A DNA stretch of 64,000 nucleotides from assembly GCF_036321535.1 (NCBI RefSeq), contig NC_087436.1:96040001-96104000 (forward strand), in the 5' to 3' direction. Each line of letters starts with the position of its first letter. The first letter of the stretch is position 1. This stretch comes from Camelus dromedarius. Taxonomy: Eukaryota. The notes under the pieces were generated by a model. It was not told the origin of the DNA. It ran no database searches and saw only the letters and a program-made list of their open reading frames with translations. The position numbers and the translations under genes are program-made. Below are positions 25,799 to 39,338 of this stretch, piece by piece.

Positions 25799-28700
25799 GG
25801 TCCCTTTTCCCCAAAGAGATGCCCCTCTGTGAACTTGCCCACTACATTGTAGTTACTAGCCCTGTTTCCCACAGGGTTGGAAGGAACCTTGGTTCAGGCC
25901 ACAGAAGTGTAGTCACATCCTTATCCTGGGTCAGTGGGGCATACTCAAGTTACCCCTTCCACACTCCTTAATAGGGAATATCTCTTTCAAAAGGACTTAT
26001 GGCCTCAGTATCTAGGTAGATAATGTGCTGATCTCCTTTTTAAAATTCTACTTCTCTGGGCCCCTGTTACTCACATAAAACATTGTTGGTATCCTCAGCA
26101 ATCTTTCAGTCTAGTTAGAAGGATGGGGCATCTCACAGATCAGTAAGTAACAAAATACAATGAAATGCAAGTTGCTCAATTTTGGGACAGAATGGCAACC
26201 GGTGACAGGCATGGTTAAGAATAGGGTTTATGGAAGGGTTGGGACATGAACTGATCCCTAAAGGTGAAGAGCACACAGGACACTGAAGGGTGACAGATGA
26301 TGAGGAAGGAGCAGGTAGGAATATTTACGGGGTCTCTGGTGAACTTGAAAGTAGACCAACTTGGCTGAAGCATTCACTTTAAGTAAAGCAATAATGAGAG
26401 ATCTAGGAAATAGAAAGAAGTCCACATTGTGAAGGGAGCTATAGAAAGAAAAAAACAGAGAAAGGAAGGAATGAAGGAAGATAGACAACAGGGCAGACTG
26501 GTGTTTCAGCTAAGTTGTGTTATTTCCTCTAGTTAGAAATAATCATGGGATTAACTCATACAACATGTAGAGTCTGCCTTAAACTATATAAACACTTTGT
26601 AAGATTGTGTAATCTTTGTGATGTCCTCAAGTTCCTCTTTTTCTTATCTTCTTTCTGGTTTTGTGCAGCCATTTCAGGAAAATCCTTGATGTCAAAAGGC
26701 CCACATGCTATCTTTCTGGACATCACACAGGTGGGAGCTATCTGGGGTGTGGTGGTCCACACAGAACTCGGGATGTGGTGAGATTAACCCCCACAGAGGG
26801 GCAGAGTTTGTGGCAGCAGGTAGTAAGAGCCAGCCACACAGACTAACTTTTGGCTGTGATGAAAGTAAGACAGGGAGAATTCTTGTTACCGACCATGGGT
26901 CTTGGCAACGGAACGCCCCATATGGGATTCTCAGAGTTCCAAAGAAATTGGCAGCATCTGGGCGATGTTGAGAAAGGGCCCTCCCATCCTGCAGCTCTCT
27001 CATCCTCTCCACCCAGCTCCACACACTGCAGGCACCACCAGACCCCTCAATTTCTCTCTGTAGATCAGCCCTCTGTGTCCTAACCAGCCTACACTGAAGA
27101 TTATCACCTCAACCCCTGATACTTAAAAGCTGCCTAAAGCCTTGAAAAACCTCTAAGATGGTATGCTTTTCCAGGAAAAACCCTAAACTGGGATCCTTCT
27201 CCTCAACTGCATTCTTCATTCTTATCCCTGGGCTACTAAGCACAGTTACAGAGCATCACTCAATCGAGCAGATAGGTCCATGAAAAATTCATGGGCTGTA
27301 ACCCCAGCTGTACCCTCCATGATGCGCAGCAGTGCATACACTGGACAGCTCTCCCGTTCCCTTCAGGGATCATGCAAATTTTTACTACTCTCAAAATCTC
27401 TGAGAATTAGCAAAAAATACCCCTTCCTCCAGTTAGTTTAATCTGCTGTTATAGCACAATCTGGACAGCTCTGCCTTGGGGAATGAGGGAAATGGGATTT
27501 CCAGAGTCCCAGGGGGAAGCATCTTTGGCTGCACACATGTATGTGCCCAAATTCTTACAACCTGCGCCACCCCCTCCCAGACCTTGGGTCCTCACAGTGT
27601 CAGCAGCCCGTACATTCCTCACATCCCCAGGGAAAGAGGAGTAGGGTTGGAGTCTGGTTGGCACTCATCAGGCAGGCATCTTCAGGTGAAAGAAGAAACT
27701 TCAGGGATCCTCAGAGAATGACTGACATAGGACACAGTCATGCATGCGTGTGCACACGTGAATGTGTGTTTAAGTGTGAGCACCAGTGAGAGTGTACACA
27801 TGTACTTTTCCAGGTGTGTGCTGGCCTTGTGTGCAGCGTGCGCTTATATGCAGGAGGCTCTCCTCTGCTTTTCAAACTGTTGATCTCGTTTCACATTCTG
27901 GGATAAGTTAATTTATGGTGCCTGTGTGGTACATGGCTCAGACATCTGTACTGATGGCTCCAATCATGGTCTCTTCAAAACCCTTGCATCATTCCCAACC
28001 CTTCCATTGTCAAAGGATGGATTTGCCTCCATCAATGTGAACCTCCTCAACTTTCTATTTCTCACCTGCAATTATATTCACATTGGTGCCTTTCTTTGGC
28101 CTTTTCCCTTCAGTTTCAAAGCACCAGGTGTCTGCTATTCATTCAAGGCCAACAACCCCTACACTCTTGATCCCAGCAAGACCTTGTGACATTACTTATC
28201 CCTTTCCTCACATCTTCCTCTCTGTGCACGTGCCAGTTGTCCTAAATAATCAATTCCATTCCATGAAGACCTTCTCTTGACTCCCAAGATCCCTCTCTAA
28301 CAGCCACCCCTCTTCTCTCTCAGTCAGGCTTCTGATAAGGAACTCTCCCCAACTATCCCCACTTCTTCATCCTCTGCACTTAATGTCTTTCCACAAGAGT
28401 CCTCTGTAACCTCCCCGCTGACTTGGAGGATAACTTTTTCAGTCCTATGTTACTGGACTACTCTGCGCATTTGATGCGGACTTCTTTCTTTAGGACAGTC
28501 TTGCCTCTATTCTGCTTCCATGATACTTCCCTATATGGAATCTATCAGTCGGCGTGAGGACCATGTCCAACAGCCCTGACTAGGATACTCAGCCACACTC
28601 AGAGTCCCTACACGTGGCATCCCCACGTTCTCCTGAGACACAGGACACTGATCCACAGTGGAGGACGTGCTGAACAGGTCCTGGATGTGAAGCAGCCATG

Positions 28701-29732
28701 GGAGGCCCTGGCCAAGATCAATAAGCAATAAGTAAGCAAATAGCAGAAAGAGAGAGAAATAGAGATAAAAAGAGAGACAGAGAGACAGAAAGGAAATCTA
28801 TACTAGCTGAGAGTAGAAGTAAGAACTGTGGGGTAGCCCAGAGACATGTGGGGGGAGCCACACATCCTGCATTTATTCTCTATGATCCCCGGTTCTGATT
28901 TGCTTGAGAGCTTGAGGCTTGGCTCTTTTTGTATCTGTATCATAAATTATCATAAATTTACAGTATTTTAAGCTAGTGTTTACGTTTCTGCTGATTGCAA
29001 TCAAAAGGAAGCTTGCCTAAGATAAGACACCTTGTACTTTGTAAGGTTTGTCCTCCAAAATGTGCATTTGTGGGTTTTATTGAGCCGGAATCATGTGATT
29101 CTTCACTATAATTCTCTCTTCTTCTTCACAGAGAAAAACCATATAACCAGCCATATCAATCCACCTGATTTTAAGGCTCTAGCAGCAAATGGTCTTAGTT
29201 ACTTACATGCAATTTTCAGGGGACAGTGTGCCCATGAGACAAAACTTGACCTGGTCAGGAATGAGGCAGAGATTATGGACACCACTGCTAACCTCGCGAT
29301 CGGATTCTTCTGAGGTCTACTGACCATGTTGGCAAAATTAGGACTTCTCTATTTGCAACTTCCTGAGTTATGATGAAAAATATCTAATTGAACAATTGAA
29401 TCTTAGCATCCCTAAAAAACAAATCTCTTTTGGTATAATTGATGACAGTTTCTGGGCATTTAAAGTTCTCAGTTCTCCTTGTATTGACCACCAGGCTCAG
29501 CTCCGCCCACAGTTATTGTTGACCCGTGCTCCTCTGCCCCTTCCCCTCATGCATATGCATCACGGTGCAGCCTGCATGTACTAACTCTGTCACTGCACAT
29601 GCGCTCACACCCTTCTCCACCTCTCCACTAATCCCTGCCCTTCTTTCAGCTTAGCCTACGTTGCACCTGCTCCATGAAGCCTTGCTCAGAGAGTCCAGTT
29701 GCAGTCCTTTTGGTTTTGGACTTCCTAGAGCC

Positions 29733-29927
29733 CAGTGGTTCTCAACAAGGAGTGCTTTTACCCCCAGGGCACATTCGGTAATATTGGAAAATGTTTTTGG
29801 TTGTCTCGGCTGAGGGAAGAAAGACTGCTACTGGCATTTAGTTGGTAGAGGTCATCCTACAGAGCACAAAACAGCCCCCAACAAAGAATTATCCAGTCCA
29901 CTAATGTCAATAATGTGGAGAAACCCT
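29733..29927. mobile_element. MER20-like hAT-Charlie MITE
   Basis: cagtggttctcaac...tgctactggcatttagttggtagagg...caacaaagaattatccag...gagaaaccct. Confidence 0.85.
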
Positions 29928-30864
29928 ACGTTGAAAGCCTGACATTGGCACCATGCGCCCTATCATCTTAATACTCAGTATGGTGTAGAGTCTTAGGGCT
30001 GGATGGGAAAGTTTAGAAATCATCCTGTCGCCTTCCTGCATTGTATGGGGAAGAAGACTGACCTGGGAGAAGCTGCTGAAAGTCACTGTGAAGTCATTGG
30101 CACAGCTTTATCCCAGACCCCTGGGCCTTGACCATTTCCATTTCATCATGCAGTTGTTTCCTTTCTCCCAGGTACCTCTGAAAAGCTTCTGTAAGCAAGG
30201 TTAGGATCTATTGTTACATATATAACGACTCTCCTCCCCAACCTCCTACCCTCAGCCCAGTACCAGGAAGACAGTGCATGCTTGCTGTCAGATCAAAATA
30301 GATTTAGATTTTATAAAATATCATTTGATATCCCCTGCAAATGTATTTTTCAAAGAACTGTAGGCTTCTCTCCTGGATATAACCTCTCGAACGGAAAGAT
30401 GACTACATCTAAATCACAGAAAGAAGAAATTCTACACAGACCTTCTGTGGAAGTATTTGCAACTTAATTAGAATAAATACCAGCCAACTGAACCTCACAC
30501 ATTTAAATGACGGTGATGAAAATTACCACCTTAGCAGCACAGAGGAAAACAGGAAAGGTTTCTACCAAGGGAAATGATTAACTGAATGCTTACAGAGAAA
30601 CTGGAAACAAAGCAAAACACAATTTATGAAAATTGTATAATTTTGTATATGTGATTCCTGGGAACTCACATTTATAGTACATTCCTATAAATAAATAATT
30701 TTCCTTGAAAAAAAAATGCATGTAAGCAGCTGTTGACACAGAATTCAAAGAAACCAGGATAAGTAAAAAAAAAAATGACAGATTAAGACTTTATAATGGA
30801 AAAGGAGAGCTAAATGGCTAGTATTCTGCATTTCAGCGGCAGAAGCATATAGACAGAAGTTCAA

Positions 30865-31100
30865 GGGTAGGCCTGGAGTGAGCTGACCCTGGATTTGAGT
30901 CTTGGCAGCACCCAGAACAGCTGTGTGACTTGGGTGAGTGCCTTAATCCCTCAAATTCTAGTCTCCTCAGCTTTGAAGTGAGGATCAGTGACAATACTTC
31001 CCAAGATATATAACTGTGAGGATTTGATGATGGAACACAGGGAAAGTGCTTGCCCCAGGACTGGGCTAAATTTAGGAGATAAAGGACTGCTAATGTTACA
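30865..31100 (+). mobile_element. MIR SINE
   Basis: gctgtgtgacttgggtgagtgccttaatccctc core. Confidence 0.7.
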
Positions 31101-31806
31101 ACTATTTCCACCTATGATCCTTTAACTTTATTTCTGAAAAAATGGGAAGATCATTTAGTCTTGTGATGTTAAATTTTAATTCCCTCAGAAGAAATATGAC
31201 ATCCTTTTCCTCATGTGAATGAGAACCTTGATCACATTTAAAATAAAACAATAAGCAATGGCTTTTAAATATGCCTATGTGGGACTTTTTTAATCTTGTA
31301 AGCAAATCTGTAGGGTTAAGTACCTGGAAAATAATTTAAACTTGATTTTCTTTCCTTCCTTCCTTCTTTCCTTTGTCCCTCCCTCCATTGATAAGATGTG
31401 CATATATATGAGATTGTGTGACAGTGAAATATCTGTAGAGAGTGTGTCAAGCAGCTAAGTGTTATGGAAAAGTCTGAGAAGGGAAATTTTAGAGCCTTGG
31501 TTTCCAACCCTGGCTCATACTAGCAATGAGATACCAGGCAAGTCACTTAACTATCTCTCATCTGTAAAATAAGGGGCGTGGTAGATAATTACTAAGGTTT
31601 CCTCTGGCTTTAATTACTGGATTGTATTTTTATTTCTGGAGAGCCATAAGCAGACATCCAATTTGAATAGGTTGTTTAAAATGGTCCTGTCTTTTTAATA
31701 GTAAGTTCAATTTGTAGGAAAAAATGAAACATCATTCATTTTAAAAATGATATTTTACATTTTGAATAGGTATCTTTGTCCAAGAATTTTGGTACATTCT
31801 AAGTTC

Positions 31807-31963
31807 CAGAGCTGGCTTTACAGGTGTGTGACCTGTACACGGGGGCCCATGCTTAGATAGCCTCCATGTCAGGCCATCACCACCTTGACATTCCTAATTT
31901 TTGAACAAAAGGCCTTGCATTTTTATTTTACATGGATCTCTGCAAATTATGTAGCTGGTTCTG
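31807..31963. mobile_element. MER91-like hAT MITE
   Basis: Inverted ends cagagctggctt ... tagctggttctg; tttttgaacaaaaggcc...caaattatgtagc. Confidence 0.6.
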
Positions 31964-33187
31964 ACTACAACTTATAATTTATAGTTTAGTTTCTGGGCTC
32001 AGGACTTTTCCCTTTTTTGAGTTCAAGACCCACATGGACCTCTTTCCCCTGCAGCCATTCTCTTTTTATGTTGGCATAAAACTGCCTTACCTGCCAGACT
32101 GCAGGATGTGGGGACACCTGTGCATAGGGCACACAGTGCCAGCCTTTGGGTTCAAAGGGCAAAGGCTTCAACCTGCAGCCCAAGCCATCTGTAGTGGTCT
32201 GAGCTTCTGTCACTGGAAATTCCCACCTCAGTGCAAACGTTTGTGAGAGTCTAGTAGACTGCGCAGAGGACTCAGAGAGAAGATTAAAGAGTCCTCCTTT
32301 GAGAATCTGAGGCTGACAGGCCAAGGAAGAGCCTGCTTCTGTGAAAAACTCCAGTGCCCACTCCCTCCCCTTGCTGGTGTTCTTAGGCCATTGTTCAAGG
32401 CCTGACCACCTTGTTTCAGAAGGAGCCTCTAAAGGGCATTAAAGAGGGAACTCCTCAGAGGAGGACTCTGCGTCCAACCAGTGCCTGTGATGATGATTCA
32501 ACTTTAAAAACCACTTGTGACCTCTAACTTAGTGAGTGCTGTCATTGAACCAGGAGCAGAAGGCGCAGCAGTGAGCAAACACAATGAAGGCGAGCTAATT
32601 TCAATTTATCACGGTGGCCTGGCCATCGTGGGTTTACTCCCTGGCTTGTAAACTAAGGATACTACTCACCTCACAGAGCTGCTGAGGACATAAGAAGATA
32701 ATAAGTGACTGGGCACTTGAAGGGTTACTTCGTGGAAGTATTTGCTAGGAGAAATGTGAACACTCGATTTAAAAAAAAAATTGTTCCTGGACGTACGCAG
32801 AGGTGTGTTTTCCCCAGTAGGAACAGCTTAAATGGAAGTGGAAATATTAAAATAATTTGCCTTTTTGCCTTTTCTCATTTTCAAACACTGAAACTTGATA
32901 TCCCGGCTGCGCCCCTCCCTGGACCAGTCACCGAGGGGCATGCCAGCATGAATAGAGATGCCAACAGAGAAAAAAGATCGTGCCCATTCCAATACTGGCC
33001 ATGTCTGCCCATCCAGAACCTCCTGCCCGGCTCTTTTTCTCTTCCCACGCCCGCCTGGTCCCAGCGCCCGGGAGGACGAGCACCAGCGACCCTGTCCGGA
33101 CCCCGGGCTCCCGCGCTTATCTGGGTGGCTACGGTGCAGCTGGTCTAGGGGAAGCACCGCGCGCCGCCAGCAGGAGCCTGGCCGAGG

Positions 33188-33248
33188 TGGGCGGGGCTAG
33201 AGCTGGCGGGCGGGGCCAGGACTGGCGGGCGGGGCCCAGGGGCGGGGC
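33188..33248 (+). promoter_or_regulatory. Cluster of four Sp/KLF GC boxes (GGGCGGGGC)
   Basis: gggcggggctag, gggcggggccag, gggcggggccca, gggcggggccat in tandem. Confidence 0.75.
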
Positions 33249-33579
33249 CATAGACTAACCCTGGCTGCTGGAGCGGCGGACGGACTTGGAAAGGAAGCGG
33301 GTGAGGAAGGGTGAGGCTGGACCAGGCTGAGATGGGCGGGCCCGGGGGCCGGGTCACTGAATAGGCCTCCTTCCAGGGCAGGCGGGGCCCGGGGCTTGGC
33401 TCGGAGAGGCTGGGCTGGGCCGAGCCGAGGTGGGTGGGGTCTGAGGGGAGGGCCCACGGCGGGGCTGGGTGCGCAGCGCGCGGAGGCTGAGCTCTTCTAA
33501 TCCGCCCGCCCGCGGGCTCCAGAGCTGCACACCCTACTGGAATCCGGAACGCAGCGCCCCGCGGCGAAGGGACGCGGCG

Positions 33580-33667
33580 ATGGCTCCGCGAGGACTCCCG
33601 GGGTCCGCTGTCCTAGCTGCTGCTGTCTTCGTGGGTGGTGCCGTGAGTTCGCCTCTGGTGGCCCCGG
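33580..33667 (+). CDS. RELL1: RELT-like protein 1, coding exon 1 (N-terminal signal-peptide region); gene continues beyond the window
   Basis: Translates MAPRGLPGSAVLAAAVFVGGAVSSPLVAP, near-identical to the recalled human RELL1 N-terminus (MAPRALPGSAVLAAAVFVGGAVSSPLVAP-D). Good Kozak context GCGGCGATGG; strong phase-1 donor G|gtgagt at 33667/33668. Confidence 0.93.
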
Positions 33668-35608
33668 GTGAGTGCCCCGTCGCGGCCAGGGAGCGCGGGA
33701 GGAGTGGAGGGATCCGGACGGCAGCGCCGATACGCCTCGAGCTGCCCTTGTCCTGGCACAGCCGCGGGATCCCGGCGCTGAACATCTGGTTGTCAGTGGG
33801 TGGCTCGGCCGGGCGCGGCGCATGGCGATGGCTCCCGTCCCTCCCTTCCCTCCTGCCCTGCTCGCGCCTTCCCTCCTCTAGCCCGCTCCTCAGAGGACCT
33901 GTTACCTCCTGCCCCCACCTCTGAGCTGTGTGGCGTGTAGGGACCGGGCCTGCTCTTGCCTTCCTCGGGAGCGCTTCTGCCAGGGCCCAGCGCCTCGGAG
34001 CCCCGCGGACCCCTTTCCTGCCCTTGTCCTCAAGGGCCCCGCGAGCGGAAGATCGTGACACAGGGGACCGGGTGCGCTGTCGCCGCCTCCCTCCCCCCTC
34101 CTTTTTTTTTTTTTCTTTTAATATCTTAAAGCCTTGAGGGTTTCCAGTTTCTTTCCGAGTTTTCATTTATTTTAGTGGTTGACGGATTCTTGTAACAGGT
34201 TGGGGATTTCAGATTTCTCCCCACACATTCTGGATAAATCAGGCTTGGAAAAAGGGAAGGTGCGTTTGTAAACTTACCCGTTTTTTTTTTTTTCTTCTTT
34301 GAGTTGATTCCTGTCGCCACAAAAGGAACCTTCTGTGGTTAGAGCAGGAAGCCACCAGCAGAGATGATAAAATGCTGTCCCCAGTGATGAACTTGGAGCA
34401 GGAGTTTTTAATTGAAATCTAAGAGGAGGTATAACTTTTACTGAAGTCCTTTCTCACACTCTTGTTTTATGACTGTAGACACTGGGATTCCTTACCACTG
34501 GTCCCCCTCTTAATTGCCATCTTACAGCAGTAGTTAAAAAAAAAAGTAAACGTATACCTTCTTGGCCAATTGGGGTTACTAGATCCTGGAATCTTACGTC
34601 AGCAAGCTCTTCCAAGCTTGAGCAGCTCCTCTTCAGGTCCAAATAATAAGCAAGTAACTGGAAGCCTTCCAACCATGACTATTTCCTCTATGAAAACACA
34701 CATACTGCTCTTCACTCCTGGGAAGACGCCACTAGATCACAGCTTTTAAACTGACTTACCACTTTGGGCTTCACTTTTTCGCAGAAACCAGAATATGTTA
34801 GGAAGGGAACAGGATGGATAACATGTCTCCTGAGTCTTTATTAGCTGATGCGTATCTCCTTCAGTCATCCACCTCAAGGAAATGGCCGCTAGTGACATGT
34901 ATTATTGGATGGGGGATTTTGGTTTTCACCCTGTGTCTCATTGCTGAGACAGATAGGTGTGTAATCAGGTTCAAATTAGACCCGAGGTTGTAGACAGTAC
35001 TTAGAGGGCTAGAGTCAGTTGCTCCAGAATTCGAAGAGCTTAACCTGGGAGGAAAATTGCTAAAAATTCAGCTCATGATGCATGTAATCAGTCATCAGCA
35101 GGAGAAATCCATCCTAAGAGTCAGTTTGTGTTTCGATGGATCTTTGAACCAACATTCAGCTTTCAGGACTGGAATGTGATGAAGAACGTGCTCATCTTAA
35201 TTGCACAGTAACCTTTTTGATGAAAGTTACACTTAAGAAGAATGAGGTATCCAAAAAGGAAAGGATACAGGGTGCAAATGTGTCAGTGTGACTTGAGACC
35301 CATTTCTTAAGAAGATGCCCTGAACAGCCAACATCTGGTTCCCATGAAATCTAAAACAGTGTTAATGTTTGTAGGGACTGTTTTAGAGAAGTAGGGAGAA
35401 AGGTGGGAAATAATGTTGAATGCCTGCTATGTGTTAAACTTTGAATTTGGCGCTTCATATTCATTTTTACACTTATTTCTCATAATTCTGTGAAGTTCTT
35501 ATTTCCAGTGAGGCGCCTGGGGCCCAGAGAGGTTAAGCAATTGGCCCAGCATCACATAGCTAGTGTATCAGTTAGCATTCAGTAAGAGAAGCAAAACCCC
35601 TAGGAGGG

Positions 35609-35634
35609 GTGTGTGTGTGTGTGTGTGTGTGTGT
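35609..35634. repeat. (GT)n microsatellite
   Basis: About 13 GT units. Confidence 0.95.
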
Positions 35635-38184
35635 GCAAGTGTGTGTTCATGTATCTTTATCTTTGATAACCTAGTTTGCTTGATTCCAAAGTTCATTCTC
35701 TTTCCCCTGTACTGCACTGCTCCCCAGAGAGGAAATAGAACAGAAATCAACTGCAGCCGTCATGTTGAGATTCTAAGATAGGAAGTTTAGGACACCATAC
35801 AGCTGTAAGCATGTGGTTATCAGAAGTTGGGAAGCAGAGAAAAGAAGGTCAGTTAACATCACAGTAGGTAGTGGCAATGTCTCTTTCACTTCCTGCCTAG
35901 TCGAAGAATCTCATTAAGTTTCTGTCTTAGTAGCAGCCTTCGAAACTATATACCACAGGCACCAGAACAGATGATTTTCCACGTCTTGGCTTATTTATGT
36001 ATAAGTTCTCTGGTTACTTAGGGCTTAGTTTTTCTGCAGACAGTGGGCATGGCCTTTGAGTTAAGGAGTGGGTGGAAAATGACCAGGGGCTGGTGAAATG
36101 ACAAGTGCTCTCTCCTAGAGTTCTGCGGGCTTCCATCCAGCCTCCTGACTCCTCATTTAGATGCTAATGATAAGCTTTATTAAATTCTGGGTTCTCCTTT
36201 GGTCAGGTAGCTGCCCAGCTTTATGTCTACAGGATGCGTAGTCAGTGGACAGAATGTTGTGAGAAAGCACCCCTTGGAGATTGGGCTTCCACGCCCAAAT
36301 TTCATTCAAAGAGGAAATGAAAAATCTGAGAGCTGCCTGTCATTACCCATCTTCCCTGCCCAACCCTCAAATAAATTAAACAAACTATTTGGGAGTTTCA
36401 GTAGTTAAATTTGAATGAGAGAGACCAAAGCCCCAGGTGATAGAAACGAAAAAATTTTGTTGTTACTTTTTAAAGAATTGTTTGCCTCTGATGTTGAAGT
36501 TTAATTACCTATTGGGACAAAAGAGAAGTTATTTAAAACTGACAAAAAATGATTTAAATTGTCATTGGTTAAAACTAATATGTTGAGTGGTTTCTAAGAA
36601 TTGCAGGGCAGTCACTTCGGTAACTGTAAAGATTTGATAGGCTGCTGAAAGCAGGTAGAATAGTGAGTCTGGAGTGGCTACCTGGAATTTGCAGTTAGTA
36701 CACTGTAGGCATTTTATTCTTTTTGGAGGAAAGAATGCAGCATTTATTACACTTGTTCTGTGGCAGGCTCTGGTCTAAGTACTCAGATCATTTAACTGTT
36801 ACAATATTGTGTCAGCTATATGATTTTATCCCTCCATTTATAGATGAGGAAATTGAGTCCTGAGACATTAACTTGAAAAAGTCACTTACGTGTGTAAGTT
36901 AAATTTTGATTTTGACTCAGATCTATTCATTTCTAAAGCCCATTATTATTACTAAATCATTCTGTTTTTCTTTAGAGTGAGGAATTTCTTTTTATTCTAA
37001 GATATTTATCGAGTCATTAATAGGGTAATGGCATGATACAGTGGGGAGAGCACCAAGTGCCAAGTTAGAATCCTGGACTTGAAGCGTCCCTGCTGCTTTC
37101 CAGCGTGTGGCCCTCTCTGCCTCTATTTTCTTACCTGTAAAATGGGTATGTGCCACCTCCTATCTTTATCTGCCTTACTGGCTCGTAGTCAGGATAAAAT
37201 GAGCTGTTGCCTCTGAAAGGTGTTGGCAAACAGCAAGGTGGTATATGTCTTTTATCCTGTGTAACTTTTTTCTTGCATTTCTTACCCAAAATGTGCATTG
37301 GACTAGACTTATATATCAAGCAAACTATCTATTAAATGTGGACTACAAATGTGTTCATTCTGGAGGTGGTGATGGTTTTGCAGTCATAGAGTCACTGTAA
37401 ATATATAAAAGTCCAGAGTGACACCTCAGATTCGTAAGTTTGCTGCCACTGACTGGGAGTTAAGTAACTACACCTTTTTTTTCTTATTTCTCCTTAGCTA
37501 AAATACAGTGTTCTTGGTGTTTCTGGAAAATTCCCCAAAAGATTTAAAGTTTGGAGGGAAGGGGAGAGAATCACCCTTAATCTCATCACTCAGAGGTACT
37601 TGCCACTGTCAGCCTATTTCACTCTGGTGAAATACACTCTCTGTCTGTGTTTTTCGCTTTGATAGGATCACAGTGCAAGCGTACCCTTGTACCATGCGTT
37701 TCTAACCTCATGTTATACTTAGAGGTGTCTCCATTTCCCTATACACTCAAAAAAACCACTGCATAAAATTCCAGTATATGGAGTCTCTGTATTTTACTTC
37801 ACTGTGCCTCCATTTTAGATTTCAGTTTTTGTTAATTATTTGTAAACAAAATTTAAAACTCCTTGTTTCGGTGAACATCTATGCCTAAAGCTTTGTCTCG
37901 ATATTGATGAATTCCATAGAAATTGGGTCCCTGAAAAGGCAGTTTTGGGGTCAAAGTTATTCATGTTTTGAGGCCACTGATGACACCAGTCTTAGTGACC
38001 TGACCATTGTCTCAGTTTACATTCTCACAGCAAGTCCAAGGACTCACTTCTCACGCCTTTGGCATTTTCTCTGAAAAACATACGTGCTAATTTGTAAGGC
38101 AAAAATGGGCACCGTGATTGTATGTCTTTGATCACTTGTATGTAGACTGTTTTCTTCTACTATTTGAGCCATGTGCACGCATTT

Positions 38185-38492
38185 GTAATCGTTTATGGAC
38201 AATTCTGAAATTTGAAAAGCTCTGAAAACCAGAACAGTTTTTTTTGAGGCTTTTTGCATACTCCGTTGGTGGGTAAAACTTAGCCCGAACCAAGGTGGGA
38301 GTCTGCAGTGTATATTTATCTCACTTAGTTTGAATACTGCTAAGTTTTGGCTGCAGTAGTATTAATGAGTTTGATTTCTGAGTGTCACATAATGTGTGCT
38401 AAATGCATTGTGTTACCTTTCTAGAATTACAAAGTCTGAATTTTGAGGCACATCTGACCTCCAAGTTTTCAGATAAGGGATTATGGACCTGC
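38185..38492. mobile_element. Old Tigger-family DNA transposon fragment
   Basis: aattctgaaatttgaaaagctctgaaaacc ... cagataagggattatggacctg terminus; a related antisense fragment may lie at about 54120-54265. Confidence 0.55.
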
Positions 38493-39167
38493 ATTTCCTC
38501 TTCCATGACTCATCTGTTGGTTTGTGGGCAGGCGAATGTAAACCTGCTCAAAGTAGTAGGTATCCAGGGGAGAGAGAGAACTCGTCAAATGAGTGGCCCT
38601 TAGTATTTTCGTGTGGGATCTGATTAAATAGATACCTGGGCAAATCTGAGGCTTCCTGTATTCTATGTGGCTTTAGGGATGGGTACCTATTATAATGGAA
38701 ACTACTTTCCTCTGCCAGTTATTGACACAGCTTTCTTTGTAAGGGAGAGAAGAAATAGAATCCACCCAAGGGACTTTTTGGGGCGGGAGGGCTGGTAGAA
38801 GGTGTTGGGTACCTGAGCCAGACTGAGTTCCTGCGCCCAGTTATCTCACTTTGAGGATCCTTGTGCCAGACGTATTGAACTCAGGGGATTTTCTGTCCCT
38901 CCCTTTGCAGTACCCCAAGGTTCTTGCCTTCTTGTCTGCTCATCCCAGGATCCCAGACAGTGGCCAGCTCTCCCCAACTCTATCCCCCCATTTTGTTTGC
39001 ACACTCCTGTGTATGACTGTATTCCAACCACTAATAAAGTGCTAATATTGTTCAGAGGGTAAAAAAGTCTTTGGACCACTTTCCTCCTCTGGGTTATGGA
39101 GAAAATATGGCAGAGTTGCCTGATTGGGATTTTTGTGACAATTACATGAGATACAAACATGAGAGTG

Positions 39168-39338
39168 GTAATAACCTGTAATGGAAAAGAATATGTATGA
39201 CTGAATCACTATGCTGTACACCAGAAACAAACACAACATTTTAAATCAACTATACTTCAATTAAAAAAAAAAAAGCTTGGCAGCATAACCTAAAACAAAT
39301 AAATAAATAAAAAGTAAATTTCACATACACAAAAAAAA
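39168..39338 (+). mobile_element. Truncated young L1 3' end with probable 3' transduction, inside a MIR
   Basis: L1 terminus ...aaatcaactatacttcaatt, A12 (39263-39274), 56 bp of extra sequence, A8, and TSD core catgagagtg at 39158-39167 and 39340-39349. Confidence 0.8.

Larger units (their letters stand above)
32900..34090. promoter_or_regulatory. RELL1: CpG island / promoter of RELL1
   Basis: Abrupt rise in GC and CpG content around the first coding exon; GC boxes at 33188-33248; no TATA box evident. Confidence 0.9.

Noticed and set aside
27738..27850. Alternating purine-pyrimidine stretch (possible Z-DNA)
   Set aside because: Short, interrupted, degenerate TG/CA-type tract that is common in mammalian DNA.
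33668..33924. Continuation of the 151-aa ORF 33469-33924 past the RELL1 N-terminus
   Set aside because: Similarity to RELL1 stops exactly at a consensus G|gtgagt donor; the remainder is read-through into GC-rich intron.
32705..34166. Many overlapping ORFs on both strands, including 210 aa at 33534-34166 (-)
   Set aside because: Low-complexity Arg/Gly/Pro/Ala translations are expected in a CpG island; no recognisable protein.
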